A stretch of 64,000 nt of DNA from Patescibacteria group bacterium (GCA_030583805.1 CP129476.1:669640-733639), one strand, 5' to 3'. Counted from the first letter of the stretch, positions 11,983 through 22,033 are shown. Numbers and translations: made by a program. The notes: generated by a model from the sequence alone, not told the origin.

Positions 11983-13695
11983 ATGCCTGGCGACAACCCC
12001 TCAATTGAAGACCTGCTGAAGAAAACCAAGCTGCCGAGCGTCTCTACCCCTGACGCCCAGGCCAAGTTCGCGGCGAAAATGCGCGATCTTGATACGCAGG
12101 CCAAGGAACGCGAAACCGCCAAGCGCGGCGCCCTGCTCGGCGCTTCCTACATCAACCTCAAGGGGTTTCCGATCTCTCCGGAAGCGCTCGTCCTCCTGTC
12201 GCAAGAACAGGCGGAAGCGCTCCAAGCGGTCGTGTTTTTGCAAACCGGCGACGAAGTCCGCGTCGGCGCGGTCGATCCTTCGCGCCCCGACGTAAAGGAG
12301 GCGATCTATCAAGTCGGCGAACGGGCGCATGCCAACGTCGGCACGTACATCATCTCTGAAGAAAGCTTCAGACACGCTTTCAAGCTGTATGACGCGCTGC
12401 CGAAGGTGCGCAAGATCGTAAAAGGCATCGAGATGACGGAGGAGGACCTCAAGAAGCATCAGGCGCGGATGCAATCGTACAAGGACCTCGACAGCCTCAT
12501 GAAAGGCGCCGACGTGACGGACGCCGTCACGATCATCATTGCCGGCGCGCTCAAGGGCGACGCTTCGGACATCCACGTCGAGGCTGAAGAAAAGGACGTC
12601 GTCGTCCGCTACCGCATCGACGGCGTGCTCCAGGACGCCGCCCGCCTGGAACGCGGCATCTGGCCGCGCATCATTTCGCGCATCAAGCTGTTTTCGAGCC
12701 TCAAGATCAACGTCACCAACGTGCCGCAAGACGGCCGCTTCACGATCTTCATCGGCGGCAAGAAAACCGAAGTCCGCGTCTCGACCGTGCCGACGTCCTA
12801 CGGCGAATCGGTCGTCATGCGCTTGCTCCGCCCTTCGACGATCAGTCTCGGCTTCGAGCAGCTCGGCATCCGCGGCAAGGCGTTCGAACAGCTCAAGCGC
12901 GAAATCGACAGGCCGAACGGCATGATCATCACGACCGGTCCGACCGGATCCGGTAAGACGACCACGCTCTACGCCATTTTGAAAAAATTGAACACGTCGG
13001 ACACCAAGATCATCACTCTCGAAGATCCGGTCGAATACAGCCTCGAGGGCATCAACCAGTCGCCGATCGACCTTTCGAAGGACTACACCTTCGCCAAAGG
13101 CTTGCGCGCGATCCTGCGCCAGGACCCGGACGTCATCATGGTCGGCGAAATCCGCGACCTCGAAACGGCGGAGACCGCCATCCAAGCCGCGCTCACCGGC
13201 CACTTGATGGTCTCGACGATCCATACCAACAGCGCGGCCGGCGCCATCCCCCGCTTCTTGTCGATGGGCGTGAAGCCGTTCTTGCTCGCGCCGGCCCTGA
13301 ATGCCGTGATCGGCCAACGTCTCGTCCGCCGCATTCATGAAGACTGCAAGATGGAAGCGGAACCGGACGCCGATCAAATGAAAAAAGCCAAGGCGATTCT
13401 CGGCGCGCTTTCGCCCGAGAGCGGTGAGAAACGCGATCTCGACAAGATGACGTTCTGGAAAGGCAAGGGCTGCGACGCTTGCGGAGACTCCGGCTACAAG
13501 GGCCGCATCGGCATCTACGAAATTTTCACCATGAGCCCCGAGATCGAGAAAGTCATTCTTTCCGGCAACGTCTCGGAGTACCAGATGCAGGAGATCGCCG
13601 CGAAACAAGGCATGATCACGATGGCGCAGGACGGTCTCCTCAAGGCGCTCGACGGCCTGACGACGATCGACGAAGTCCTGGCCGCCGCCGAATAG
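11983..13695 (+). CDS. pilB: Type IV pilus assembly / type II secretion ATPase (PilB/GspE family)
   Basis: 570 aa. Motifs seen: Walker A GPTGSGKTTT, His box GHLMVSTIHTNSAAGAIPR, Asp box, and C-terminal tetracysteine GCDACGDSGYKGR. An N-terminal GSPII_E_N-like domain is present. Confidence 0.88.
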   Translation: MPGDNPSIEDLLKKTKLPSVSTPDAQAKFAAKMRDLDTQAKERETAKRGALLGASYINLKGFPISPEALVLLSQEQAEALQAVVFLQTGDEVRVGAVDPSRPDVKEAIYQVGERAHANVGTYIISEESFRHAFKLYDALPKVRKIVKGIEMTEEDLKKHQARMQSYKDLDSLMKGADVTDAVTIIIAGALKGDASDIHVEAEEKDVVVRYRIDGVLQDAARLERGIWPRIISRIKLFSSLKINVTNVPQDGRFTIFIGGKKTEVRVSTVPTSYGESVVMRLLRPSTISLGFEQLGIRGKAFEQLKREIDRPNGMIITTGPTGSGKTTTLYAILKKLNTSDTKIITLEDPVEYSLEGINQSPIDLSKDYTFAKGLRAILRQDPDVIMVGEIRDLETAETAIQAALTGHLMVSTIHTNSAAGAIPRFLSMGVKPFLLAPALNAVIGQRLVRRIHEDCKMEAEPDADQMKKAKAILGALSPESGEKRDLDKMTFWKGKGCDACGDSGYKGRIGIYEIFTMSPEIEKVILSGNVSEYQMQEIAAKQGMITMAQDGLLKALDGLTTIDEVLAAAE

Positions 13696-13705
13696 AAAAT
13701 GAAAA

Positions 13706-13735
13706 CCCCGCCGTGCGTACACGGCGGGGTTGCGC
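13706..13735. terminator. Bidirectional hairpin terminator between convergent pilB and 13743-14474
   Basis: The sequence aaaaccccgccgtgcgtacacggcggggtt is a GC hairpin. Confidence 0.6.
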
Positions 13736-13742
13736 GTTTGAG

Positions 13743-14474
13743 CTAGGCGCTGCCGACCTGATGATGCTGCGTGTAATACGCGAGCACTTGGTTGCGGCCG
13801 TCTTCCGACAAATTGTCGGGGAGATTCTTGCCGCTCGCGAGAACGCCGGCGTACATCCGCAGCTGCTGCAGCTTGAACGGGCCAGCGGGCACGCGGATTG
13901 TCTTCGCGTGCACGGGAACGAGAATCGCGGGTTCCGGCGGCGTGACGACGGCCGGCTTCGGCTCGGCGCGTTCCTCGACCTCGTCGATCCAGACGTTCCG
14001 CCACTTGGCCTCCTCCGGATCCGGCGGCTCGTCCGCGGCGGTTCCGTGCACCATGGCGCGAAGAGCGTCCCGATAGGAGACCTCGTTGGAATCGAACAGG
14101 CGTTCGAAGAGCGCGTTGACCGCCGGCACGTGCCCCGACATGCGGAAGGCGGCGTGAAAGAGGTGCTCCGAGTACGTACGTTCCATGAACACGTGGTCGT
14201 CGATCTTGAACGCGATGCGCAAGCACTGGTGCTCGGCTCGGGAGATCCTGACGACGAGATTCCGGCGCGGAGCCGGCTGTTGATGTCCGAAGAGGTAGTC
14301 GGCGATCACCGACAGGTGGAGGGTGATGTGATCCCACGCGCCGTTGCCTCCCGCATCCACGAAGCGCCGGTATTCCGGATCTTCGAGGATAAACCGGAGG
14401 CTCGGGTTGCGATCAGGCTCCCACATGAGATCGAGATCTTCAGCAAGAGCGAAGCGCAGCGACTGCACGATCAT
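13743..14474 (-). CDS. Hypothetical protein
   Basis: 243-aa ORF with ordinary composition and no recognisable motif. Confidence 0.45.
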   Translation of the reverse strand: MIVQSLRFALAEDLDLMWEPDRNPSLRFILEDPEYRRFVDAGGNGAWDHITLHLSVIADYLFGHQQPAPRRNLVVRISRAEHQCLRIAFKIDDHVFMERTYSEHLFHAAFRMSGHVPAVNALFERLFDSNEVSYRDALRAMVHGTAADEPPDPEEAKWRNVWIDEVEERAEPKPAVVTPPEPAILVPVHAKTIRVPAGPFKLQQLRMYAGVLASGKNLPDNLSEDGRNQVLAYYTQHHQVGSA

Positions 14475-14609
14475 GAGCGGCTCCTTGCGATGAAATCTGC
14501 GGTCGGCAGATCGAAGTCGACGGTACCAAAAAAAATGCTCACTGTCAAGGTACGCCGCTGCGCAACAGCGCGGCCCGACGCAAATAAAAAGGCGCCGCGA
14601 TGGGCGCTT

Positions 14610-16139
14610 TCAAGGGACAGTCGGATCATCGTCGATGCGGATGTCGGCCAAGGCCTCTTCGACGGCGCTCGGCGTGTCGTCAACGATGCCGTAGCGTTCA
14701 AGAAGCAAACGGCCTTCATCTTGGTCGGCGCATTCCTCGAACGGTTTCGAGAAGTCGGCCGCATGCGTGCGCGCGTGACGGTATTCGTGGTTCACGACCA
14801 CCATGAGCCAGCGCGTCGAGCTGAACATGCTCTTTTGGACGTAGATGCCGAGCGGCGTTCCGTCACCCGACTTGAGCACGAAACCCTCGATGGACTGGAG
14901 CTCGTCCCCGATCGCCTCAAACGGGAAGATCGGCAGCTTCACGTCGGGGTACTCCCGCCGTATCGCATCGAAGACCAGGCGCGCTCGCGACTTTTCCTTC
15001 TCGTTGAGATCGACGATCTTGTACGTTGCGCCCTCGATAATCCTCGGCGCATAGTCGTTGGCCTCGGGAACGCCGCAGCGCATCAGAAAGTCGCGCAGCG
15101 TCGGCGAGGTAACCGTGACGGGCTTCTTGCCCAACGAGGAACGCACGTATTCGTCGCCGAATCCGGGGTTCGATATGACGGCTTTGTCGCCATAGGCCGT
15201 TTCCCATACCGCGCACCACGCGTCCTCGCCCGCGAGCTCTTCGAGATGCGCGGTGTGGGAAAGCGCGTGCTCCTCGAACGGCGCCTTGCCGTCCTGGATG
15301 GCGCGGAGAACCTGCAGCAGTACATCTTCGTCTTTCATCGAAGCCAGCACGATGCCGATCCATTGATAGACCGTGGTCATGTTGGCAAAGACGCGCTCTT
15401 CGGTCAGCAGCCCTTCCATGTCGAGGCTGTAGTCGAAGCGCGAAGCGTCGGCGCCGTCTTTCGAGCAGTAGGCCAGGGTGCCGTGCGCGAAGAGGCGCGT
15501 CGCGCCGTCTTCCGACTTCGGAAAGATGCGCAGCATCACGACGTTGTTCGTCGTGATGGAGAAGAGGTGCTCCGTCGCGGCGAGCCACTTGAAGTAGCGG
15601 TCCGGGTTCGCCATGATCGCCTCGTAGTCGGCAGTCTTGCGAATGAACACGGCGTGCGTGTTTTCCGGCGGCCAATGGATCTGCGCATGCTCGCTCAGCA
15701 CCGGACCGTTCAGGTCGTTGCCGCGCGCGTTGTTCAAGTACTCGCGCCAGATCGGAAACTCCGCGAGCGGATCGTCTCCGATCGGATTGCTCCAGTTCTT
15801 GTAGGCGCTGTCGACGCCGAACGGCATCGGGATTTCCTGCACGTCGCCCCCTTTGGGGCGCAGCAGGATCACGAACTGACGAAGCGTTGCGTCGTCATCC
15901 GCCGTCCGCGCTTCATAGCGCATGCTGTAGGAGCCGGCGTCGTCCGACGACATCACCAAGACGGGCAGGTCGTGCCGAAGCGCGACAAGCGGCGCGATCT
16001 TGGCGCCGGACTGGAAGATGCTGTGAGGATTCGAGCGGTCAACCTCGACAGGCGTATCGGAAAGCCCGAAGAACGTGAGGCGTTTTCGCGGGCATCGCCC
16101 ACGATTCGCAATGCGAACCCAGACGGTGTCTTTCCCCAT
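14610..16139 (-). CDS. Hypothetical protein with C-terminal HExxH motif (possible metallopeptidase-like)
   Basis: 509 aa. The sequence VVNHEYRHARTH sits near the C-terminus. It is co-directional with tsaE/tsaD immediately downstream of them. Confidence 0.5.
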   Translation of the reverse strand: MGKDTVWVRIANRGRCPRKRLTFFGLSDTPVEVDRSNPHSIFQSGAKIAPLVALRHDLPVLVMSSDDAGSYSMRYEARTADDDATLRQFVILLRPKGGDVQEIPMPFGVDSAYKNWSNPIGDDPLAEFPIWREYLNNARGNDLNGPVLSEHAQIHWPPENTHAVFIRKTADYEAIMANPDRYFKWLAATEHLFSITTNNVVMLRIFPKSEDGATRLFAHGTLAYCSKDGADASRFDYSLDMEGLLTEERVFANMTTVYQWIGIVLASMKDEDVLLQVLRAIQDGKAPFEEHALSHTAHLEELAGEDAWCAVWETAYGDKAVISNPGFGDEYVRSSLGKKPVTVTSPTLRDFLMRCGVPEANDYAPRIIEGATYKIVDLNEKEKSRARLVFDAIRREYPDVKLPIFPFEAIGDELQSIEGFVLKSGDGTPLGIYVQKSMFSSTRWLMVVVNHEYRHARTHAADFSKPFEECADQDEGRLLLERYGIVDDTPSAVEEALADIRIDDDPTVP

Positions 16140-16205
16140 GACGTACTCCTTGGGACGGGTTGGCGAAAAGGCCTATTCTGACGCTAACACCCCTGCGCGA
16201 AACCT

Positions 16206-16634
16206 TCAACCGGCGATCGTGATGGAGCGCGTATCGCCGCCGCGGTGCGCCAAACGCACTTTGATCAGTTTTTTCGGCAAAAGCTCTTGAATACGGTCGG
16301 CCCATTCGACGAGCACGATCGTATCGGGATGGCGCAAATACTCCGCGAGGCCGACAGCCTTGAACTGCGCAACGTCGCCGCGATAGGCGTCGACGTGCAG
16401 AAGCACCTTCGCCCCGCCGCGTTTCGGCAGCCGATATTCTTGCATCAAAATAAACGTCGGGCTTTGGACGCGCTTCTTCACGCCGAGCGCCTTGGCCAGC
16501 GCTTGCGCGAACGTCGTCTTGCCGGCGCCGAGATCGCCGTAAAGCGCTATTGTCTCTCCCCCGTGCAGGCCGGCGGCCAGTTCCTTGGCAATCACCGCCG
16601 TTTCTTTCGAGGTGCGCGTAACATATTTCTTCAT
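16206..16634 (-). CDS. tsaE: tRNA threonylcarbamoyladenosine biosynthesis ATPase TsaE
   Basis: 142 aa with Walker [11 protein letters not shown]. The size and placement next to tsaD fit TsaE. Confidence 0.85.
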   Translation of the reverse strand: MKKYVTRTSKETAVIAKELAAGLHGGETIALYGDLGAGKTTFAQALAKALGVKKRVQSPTFILMQEYRLPKRGGAKVLLHVDAYRGDVAQFKAVGLAEYLRHPDTIVLVEWADRIQELLPKKLIKVRLAHRGGDTRSITIAG

Positions 16635-16635
16635 A

Positions 16636-17658
16636 CTAGTTCAAACCGAGTTCCCACGCCGGATCGGCCAGCATCCCCTTCCACGGATCGGATTTCTTTT
16701 TCGACAGCCGGAAATAGCCGGCCATGGCGATCATGGCGGCGTTGTCGGTGCAATACTGCAGCGCGGGAATGACGGCTTCCGTTTTCGGAAGCTCTTTTTT
16801 GACGGCGGACGCGAGCGCCTCGCGCAGCGGCCCATTGGCCGCGACGCCGCCCGCCAGAAACACCGTTTTGGCCTTCTTGGCCTTGGCCGCGCGGATCGTT
16901 TTCGCGACGAGCGTGTCGACCACCGCGGCTTGGAACGAAGCGCAGATGTCGTTCACGTCTTCGGCCGACCATTCCTTCTTGCGCTGCAGCGTATAGAGGA
17001 CGGCCGTTTTGAGTCCCGAAAAACTGAAATCGAAATTCGGCTGACCCAGCAGCGGGCGCGGGAACGCGAATTTTTCCGGATCGCCGAGCGTGGCGCGTTT
17101 CGAAACGGCCGGGCCGCCCGGATAGCCGAGATCGAGCATCTTCGCGACCTTGTCGAACGCCTCGCCCGCCGCATCATCGAGCGTCGAACCGATGCGTTCG
17201 TATTTGCCGAATCCTTTCATCAAGATAAGTTCCGTGTGTCCGCCGGAAACGACGAGAACCAGCGCCGGAAAGGCGTAGGCGCTCGCGATTTTTTTGTCGA
17301 TCCAGTTGGCGGCGATGTGGCCTTCGATGTGGTTCACGCCGACGATCGGGAGCTCCCAGCCGTACGCCAAGGCGCGGGCGAAGTCGGTGCCGACGCGGAG
17401 CGAGGTGATGAGCCCCGGCCCGCGCGTGACGGCGATGCCGTCCAAATCCTTCTTCGAAACGCCGAGTTCGTCGATCAGGAGCGGGAGCGTTTCGACGTGC
17501 AGGCGCGCGGCCACTTCCGGCACGACGCCGCCGTACTCGGCATGTTTCAACACCTGCGAAGCCGTGAGATGCTTCTCAATCCGAGCAACGCCCTTGCTCA
17601 CATGGAGCAGGGCGGCCGAGGTTTCGTCGCAGGATGTCTCGATACCGAGGATGCGCAT
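16636..17658 (-). CDS. tsaD: tRNA N6-adenosine threonylcarbamoyltransferase TsaD (Kae1/YgjD)
   Basis: 340 aa with the N-terminal motif MRILGIETSCDETSAAL and ASKH-fold motifs (GVxxN, SGGHTE). Confidence 0.92.
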   Translation of the reverse strand: MRILGIETSCDETSAALLHVSKGVARIEKHLTASQVLKHAEYGGVVPEVAARLHVETLPLLIDELGVSKKDLDGIAVTRGPGLITSLRVGTDFARALAYGWELPIVGVNHIEGHIAANWIDKKIASAYAFPALVLVVSGGHTELILMKGFGKYERIGSTLDDAAGEAFDKVAKMLDLGYPGGPAVSKRATLGDPEKFAFPRPLLGQPNFDFSFSGLKTAVLYTLQRKKEWSAEDVNDICASFQAAVVDTLVAKTIRAAKAKKAKTVFLAGGVAANGPLREALASAVKKELPKTEAVIPALQYCTDNAAMIAMAGYFRLSKKKSDPWKGMLADPAWELGLN

Positions 17659-17723
17659 AGGATTGACAGATCCGATTCTTGATGATAGAAGGTTTACACG
17701 GATACTTCAAGGGGAGGTCGCCA

Positions 17724-18241
17724 TGGCGGATCCGAAGATCGAAGCGTTCACGCGGGAGTTCCTTGCTTACCGCCCGTTCCTGGAAAGCCAGACGCGGCGG
17801 TATCTGCACGACCGGGAAGACATGCGCGACGTGCTCCAGAACGTCTGGATCAAGGCCTCGAGAGCGATCGAATCGCTGCGGACGGATCATCTCAAGGCGT
17901 GGATGGCCACGATCACCCGGCGCGAGGCGCTCAACTTCCTCCGACGTAAGTCGCGCAGGTTGCAGATGGAACTGCCCGGCCAAGAGACGACGCTCCATGC
18001 GCGTCCCGATCCGAGACCGCTGCCGAACGAACTGGCCGAGCGACGCACGCTCGCGACCGCTCTTCGCAAGCTCGCGGAACGCTCGCCGAAGCAAGCCGCA
18101 GCCGTCTATCTCGTCCACCTCGTCGGACACACGCACACGGAAGCGGCAACTGCCCTCGGCGTCACGGAAGGCACCGCCAAAAGCAACGCCTTCAAGGGCG
18201 TCGAGCGGATGTTTCTCACCCTCACGGCCGAAGCGGCCTGA
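17724..18241 (+). CDS. RNA polymerase sigma-70 factor, ECF subfamily
   Basis: Region 2 (...DVLQNVWIKASRA...) and region 4 (AVYLVHLVGHTHTEAATALGVTEGTAKSNAFKGVERM) are present. GGGGAGG lies upstream of the ATG. No anti-sigma gene follows. Confidence 0.8.
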
Positions 18242-18314
18242 GGGTTTTTCATATCGCCGCGATCTTGACGAAAACCGGCTTTTGCTCTAAATTACCCATG
18301 TTCAACAAACCCGC

Positions 18315-18389
18315 GGCCTCATCGTCTAACGGTTAGGACAGCTCCCTTTCACGGAGCAGATAGGGGTTCGATTCCCCTTGGGGCTACCA
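18315..18389 (+). tRNA. tRNA-Glu (anticodon UUC)
   Basis: Hand-folded cloverleaf. The acceptor stem is GGCCUCA/UGGGGCU with 2 G-U pairs. The D arm is GTCT/GGAC. The anticodon arm is GCTCC-cTTTCAc-GGAGC. The T arm is AGGGG-TTCGATT-CCCCT. CCA is encoded. Confidence 0.8.
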
Positions 18390-19878
18390 AAAGCGACCTT
18401 CCTTCCGGGAAGGTCGTTTTTATTGCAAAGATTGGCGACAAAGCGGTAGTTCCAAATTTGTTTCCGTCGAAAGTCAGTCTTTCCTTGAAAATTAGGTTCT
18501 GAAAACGGATACGGGCGTGATGATTGCCTTCAAGGCCCATCCATGTCTTGGCGGGCTGACCAATAAATTTAAAGCAGTAGTCCATAGCCCCCTGCAGATC
18601 AAAGTCGTCCTTTCGGTTATCTTCTATCAGCGAGTATTGGACGTCGAGCCTCTTGCTATTCAATGCCCGCTGCTCCTGAAAATCCTCATCACTATATTTT
18701 CCGTTTCGGTGTAATTCAAAGATTTGCTGACGCTCGATCTTCAGCTTTTCAATAATCTGTTGTACGGCAGCCTCTCGTTTGTCAAAACGTCGGTGATTGG
18801 ACTTCCAAATGTCCATAACAACCGATTTGAACAACTTCTCGTATTTCTGATCGGGAGCGATTGTAGAAAGGTGCTTAACAAAAGTACTTTCAAATTTATC
18901 TTTTGCGATTGTTTTTTTCTTGGAGCACGCACTATTGGAGTGGTGGTAATAGGGGTAGCGCTTACCTTTCCACCCTCGCGTGTTGCTACCAGTTAGTGGC
19001 GACCCGCATTCAGCGCAGCAAATAAGTTTCCGTAGTGGAAACATAGAATTATCAGTTTCCCGAGGTACGGACCAGCTGGAACGTTGGCCCGTCGGCTGCT
19101 GGCACGCCCGGAAAAGTTGCGGGGCAATAATAGGTTCAAAGCCGCCCACCCATTCCTCACCAAAAGCTTTGATAACTCCGCAATATGCCGGGTTGCGTAG
19201 CAGCTTTTGGACCTCTTGCGGCAGGATGGGTTTCTTACGTTTCGTGAGCAAGCCTTGCTTTGTCAAGAAATCCGCCATTTCCTTATAGGTCTTCTCCCCC
19301 TTCGCGTATTCTTCAAAACCTGCACGCACAATGGGCGCCATGATCGGATCAGGAACAATATGCGTTCTTTTACCGCGCAGAGGTTTGTAGTACCCCAGAG
19401 GTGGTATCCAAACCCAGTACCCCTCCTTTGCACGTTGGATCATTCCATTTTTTGTTCGATTGGCACGTTGCGCATTATCGTATTGAGCAACAAGAGCATG
19501 GATACCTCCCATGAATTCACCCTCCGGGGTTTCGTTGATCGTTTCAGATACGGACCGCAAGCTCGTCCCATGCTTCAACAAGATTTCACGCACCCCTAAA
19601 TGCACCTGCGCGTTGCGAGAAAAGCGGTCCAACTTATGGACGATGAAGAAGGTGGGCTTGTTTTTCGTGCAGTAGTCAATCGCTGCCATAAACGCAGCGC
19701 GGTCAGCCGTTTTGGCGGATTGGCCACCCTCAACAAAAACCTTCAGGACGGTAATCTTGTTTCGCTGAGCATACTCGCGGCACTGCTCCTCCTGCGTCTC
19801 CAAGCTGGTCCCCTCAACCTGCTCTTTCGAAGAAACGCGGACGTAGATAATACATGTTTGGTTGGCCTGTGGGTTCAT
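18349..19878 (-). CDS. Large serine recombinase (integrase)
   Basis: 509 aa. The N-terminal resolvase catalytic domain (IIYVRVSSKEQ) is followed by a recombinase domain and a zinc ribbon (CCAECGSPL...). The last ~13 codons (...GIEPLSAP) are encoded by the complementary strand of the tRNA-Glu T-arm and acceptor. Confidence 0.85.
   Translation of the reverse strand: MNPQANQTCIIYVRVSSKEQVEGTSLETQEEQCREYAQRNKITVLKVFVEGGQSAKTADRAAFMAAIDYCTKNKPTFFIVHKLDRFSRNAQVHLGVREILLKHGTSLRSVSETINETPEGEFMGGIHALVAQYDNAQRANRTKNGMIQRAKEGYWVWIPPLGYYKPLRGKRTHIVPDPIMAPIVRAGFEEYAKGEKTYKEMADFLTKQGLLTKRKKPILPQEVQKLLRNPAYCGVIKAFGEEWVGGFEPIIAPQLFRACQQPTGQRSSWSVPRETDNSMFPLRKLICCAECGSPLTGSNTRGWKGKRYPYYHHSNSACSKKKTIAKDKFESTFVKHLSTIAPDQKYEKLFKSVVMDIWKSNHRRFDKREAAVQQIIEKLKIERQQIFELHRNGKYSDEDFQEQRALNSKRLDVQYSLIEDNRKDDFDLQGAMDYCFKFIGQPAKTWMGLEGNHHARIRFQNLIFKERLTFDGNKFGTTALSPIFAIKTTFPEGRSLLVAPRGIEPLSAP
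18393..18421 (+). terminator. Hairpin plus T-run immediately after the tRNA
   Basis: The sequence gcgaccttccttccgggaaggtcg ends in ttttt. Confidence 0.6.
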
Positions 19879-20198
19879 AGCTCATTCCGTACAATACCCA
19901 ATTTTTCGATGTTGGAGCCGACCCCAAGGGGTTTTTTGGAAAGATGATCTATTTTCCATCCCCGAGCATCGAAAGCTAGATGTCCGATGCCATACAAGAT
20001 TGCTAAAATACCCTCTAACTGCTCATTAGTGAGGTCTTTCAAGGCCGGATCGACTTTTCTAGCCTGTTTGGGCGAGAGCATCAGGAATAGCAACAAAAAA
20101 GCGTGCATGCCCACAACCCAAAAATAGGGGTTGTGAGGCATACACGCTTTCCGGCGATCCGACGTTATCGGACCGTACCCGGCTTCGGCGCTCGGCAA
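19875..20198 (-). CDS. Hypothetical small membrane protein
   Basis: 107-aa ORF that overlaps the recombinase start by 4 nt. It has one hydrophobic segment and low GC like the rest of the island. Confidence 0.35.
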   Translation of the reverse strand: MPSAEAGYGPITSDRRKACMPHNPYFWVVGMHAFLLLFLMLSPKQARKVDPALKDLTNEQLEGILAILYGIGHLAFDARGWKIDHLSKKPLGVGSNIEKLGIVRNEL

Positions 20199-20269
20199 AT
20201 TGCCGACGGTTGGGAAGACCTTATAGCGACAAGATTATATCTTTTTTGCACCCTATGCAAGTGCTGGTG

Positions 20270-22033
20270 TTATGCGGCTAGCTGCTCAAACACTGGGTCC
20301 AAACGTTCGGCTGCTACCCTTTTGGCACCGACCATTTTTGCCAGTTCCAAACACGCAACACCATATCCAATATTCTTCGAAGCAATATGGCGTTGATAAA
20401 ATTCCTTCAACATGGCTTTGCCGTGAAAACGATCTGTGGCCTTTCCCTCCGCCAATATTCCATCAACTACTTCGGTGGCATCAAGCACATAGCGCCCTAG
20501 GTCCGTGTCGTTAGGCAGCAATGCTTGAATTTCAGCCACCGCGCTTCTGTGGGCCTCCTTCACCTCCGCAACCGTAGCACCATTAAGACGCACCGTCCGA
20601 GTTTTTAACTTTTGACGAACGCGCCGTGCAATCTCGCTATTCTTCATGCTTGTAGCAATTACAACAAGCTCTTTCGAGAGTGCCGCTTCATCCGCAAAGG
20701 TATTCACTTCGATACTCAACAAGTACTGTTGCAGAATTTCCGGGTCTAAAAGGAAATTTTCGATCATGCATACAGGTAGCTGAAAAACGCCTGGGGTGCT
20801 TCCGAGAGATTGATCTGCGTCTACAAGACCCCTCACACGAATTCTATAGACGTCTTCGGGAACATGCTCGCGCAGACGAGTGACCGTATTAATGACATTC
20901 CCCTTACCACCCACTGGAACCAGTGTGTATGCAGTTGCCCTTGGATAAAAGATTTGAAGCAATCGAAGGTCGGAAGGCTCGTCGGGCGGTGCTGTCTCGC
21001 CTTCAATGCAAACCAGCGCTCGACCAGTGGTAAGGAAATAGGTACTACCAGCGAGTTGCTTTAGGGCCTCTAAGCGCTCAAGGCTAGATGCAATGCGCTT
21101 GAGTTGGTTTTCTTCCGGATCAGCTGACGGATTGGACAACAGGTACAACTCGTTGTCGAACGTCTGATCTAAGATGGTGGGTGAATGTGTAGTGAGAACG
21201 AATTGAGTTCTTGCAGTTGCTGCTTGGTTTCGTACGTAAGCAAGCAATTTTGATTGTAGGTCCGGGTGCAAATGCTGCTCTGGCTCATCCACTAAAAAAA
21301 CCCGATCCTCCGGCGCTCGAGCGGCCGGAGTGCTGCCAGACCCAATAGTTTCTAATTTCTCCAAATTCTCACGAATAGCGTCCTCCAGCAGGGGAAGGAA
21401 AAGAACGATGATCGATTTTTCGCCCGAACTCATGTCGTCAATATCAACCTCGATGGTGCCGCTGGCATCCTTACGAGCCCAGATACAACGGATATTTTCT
21501 TCGTCGGCAAAATCAATCCTATCGAAAACGAGGTGTGGCAATAGATACTTAGTCAGGTTTTCTAGGGGTTCGTAGATGCGCGGCAATGTTGCCGGATCAA
21601 TAGTTTCCCCATGACGTTGCTTTGCATCAACTACTCCAGCAATGATTGCCTGCCGCCGATTTTCGATCTTCCCTAGGGTATGCTTGATCGTACTACCAGC
21701 TTCATCGACGTTTCCGGGCGTGCGGGCAGAGTTATGAAAACTCAGGCCCTCGTAACCAGAAACATCATTGCCAGAAATCAAATCCGCAAGTGACCTAAGA
21801 CCGCCGGACAACCATCCACGCCTTACTTTAGTGGCGCGAAGAACACGGTGGGGCGGTTGATAAAAAATACGCGTGTTACCATCCGTGGTATTAGCACCTT
21901 GTTTAATGGCATATAAAAGCGTGGACTTGCCCACACCATTCGGACCAGCAATAACCATCACAGCCGGAACCTCTGTCGCTTCAGCTAGACGAATGGACTT
22001 GTTATTTACGACCCTGAAAGTTTTTAACCCCAT
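20270..22033 (-). CDS. OLD-family / PARIS (AriA-AriB fusion)-like ABC-type ATPase with C-terminal Toprim-like nuclease domain
   Basis: 587 aa. ABC-ATPase motifs seen: Walker A GPNGVGKST, Q-loop FYQPPH, signature-like MSSGEKS, Walker B/D-loop VFLVDEPEQHLHP, and H-loop LTTHSP. A C-terminal region with LVCIEGETA and GLVDADQS resembles the Toprim E and DxD motifs of OLD/DUF4435 nucleases. Confidence 0.6.
   Translation of the reverse strand: MGLKTFRVVNNKSIRLAEATEVPAVMVIAGPNGVGKSTLLYAIKQGANTTDGNTRIFYQPPHRVLRATKVRRGWLSGGLRSLADLISGNDVSGYEGLSFHNSARTPGNVDEAGSTIKHTLGKIENRRQAIIAGVVDAKQRHGETIDPATLPRIYEPLENLTKYLLPHLVFDRIDFADEENIRCIWARKDASGTIEVDIDDMSSGEKSIIVLFLPLLEDAIRENLEKLETIGSGSTPAARAPEDRVFLVDEPEQHLHPDLQSKLLAYVRNQAATARTQFVLTTHSPTILDQTFDNELYLLSNPSADPEENQLKRIASSLERLEALKQLAGSTYFLTTGRALVCIEGETAPPDEPSDLRLLQIFYPRATAYTLVPVGGKGNVINTVTRLREHVPEDVYRIRVRGLVDADQSLGSTPGVFQLPVCMIENFLLDPEILQQYLLSIEVNTFADEAALSKELVVIATSMKNSEIARRVRQKLKTRTVRLNGATVAEVKEAHRSAVAEIQALLPNDTDLGRYVLDATEVVDGILAEGKATDRFHGKAMLKEFYQRHIASKNIGYGVACLELAKMVGAKRVAAERLDPVFEQLAA

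Noticed and set aside
17294-18241. Extended 315-aa version of the ECF sigma factor, and the 203-aa frame 17679-18290.
   Set aside because: The extension overlaps the tsaD start region on the opposite strand and is low-complexity. The ATG at 17724 with GGGGAGG upstream gives a normal-length ECF sigma.
18301-18400. Alternative reading of the tRNA (different acceptor pairing or opposite strand).
   Set aside because: Only the plus-strand fold gives a canonical T-arm GTTCGATTCC, a 7-nt anticodon loop with U33, and 3' CCA. The acceptor stem needs two G-U pairs, which is acceptable.
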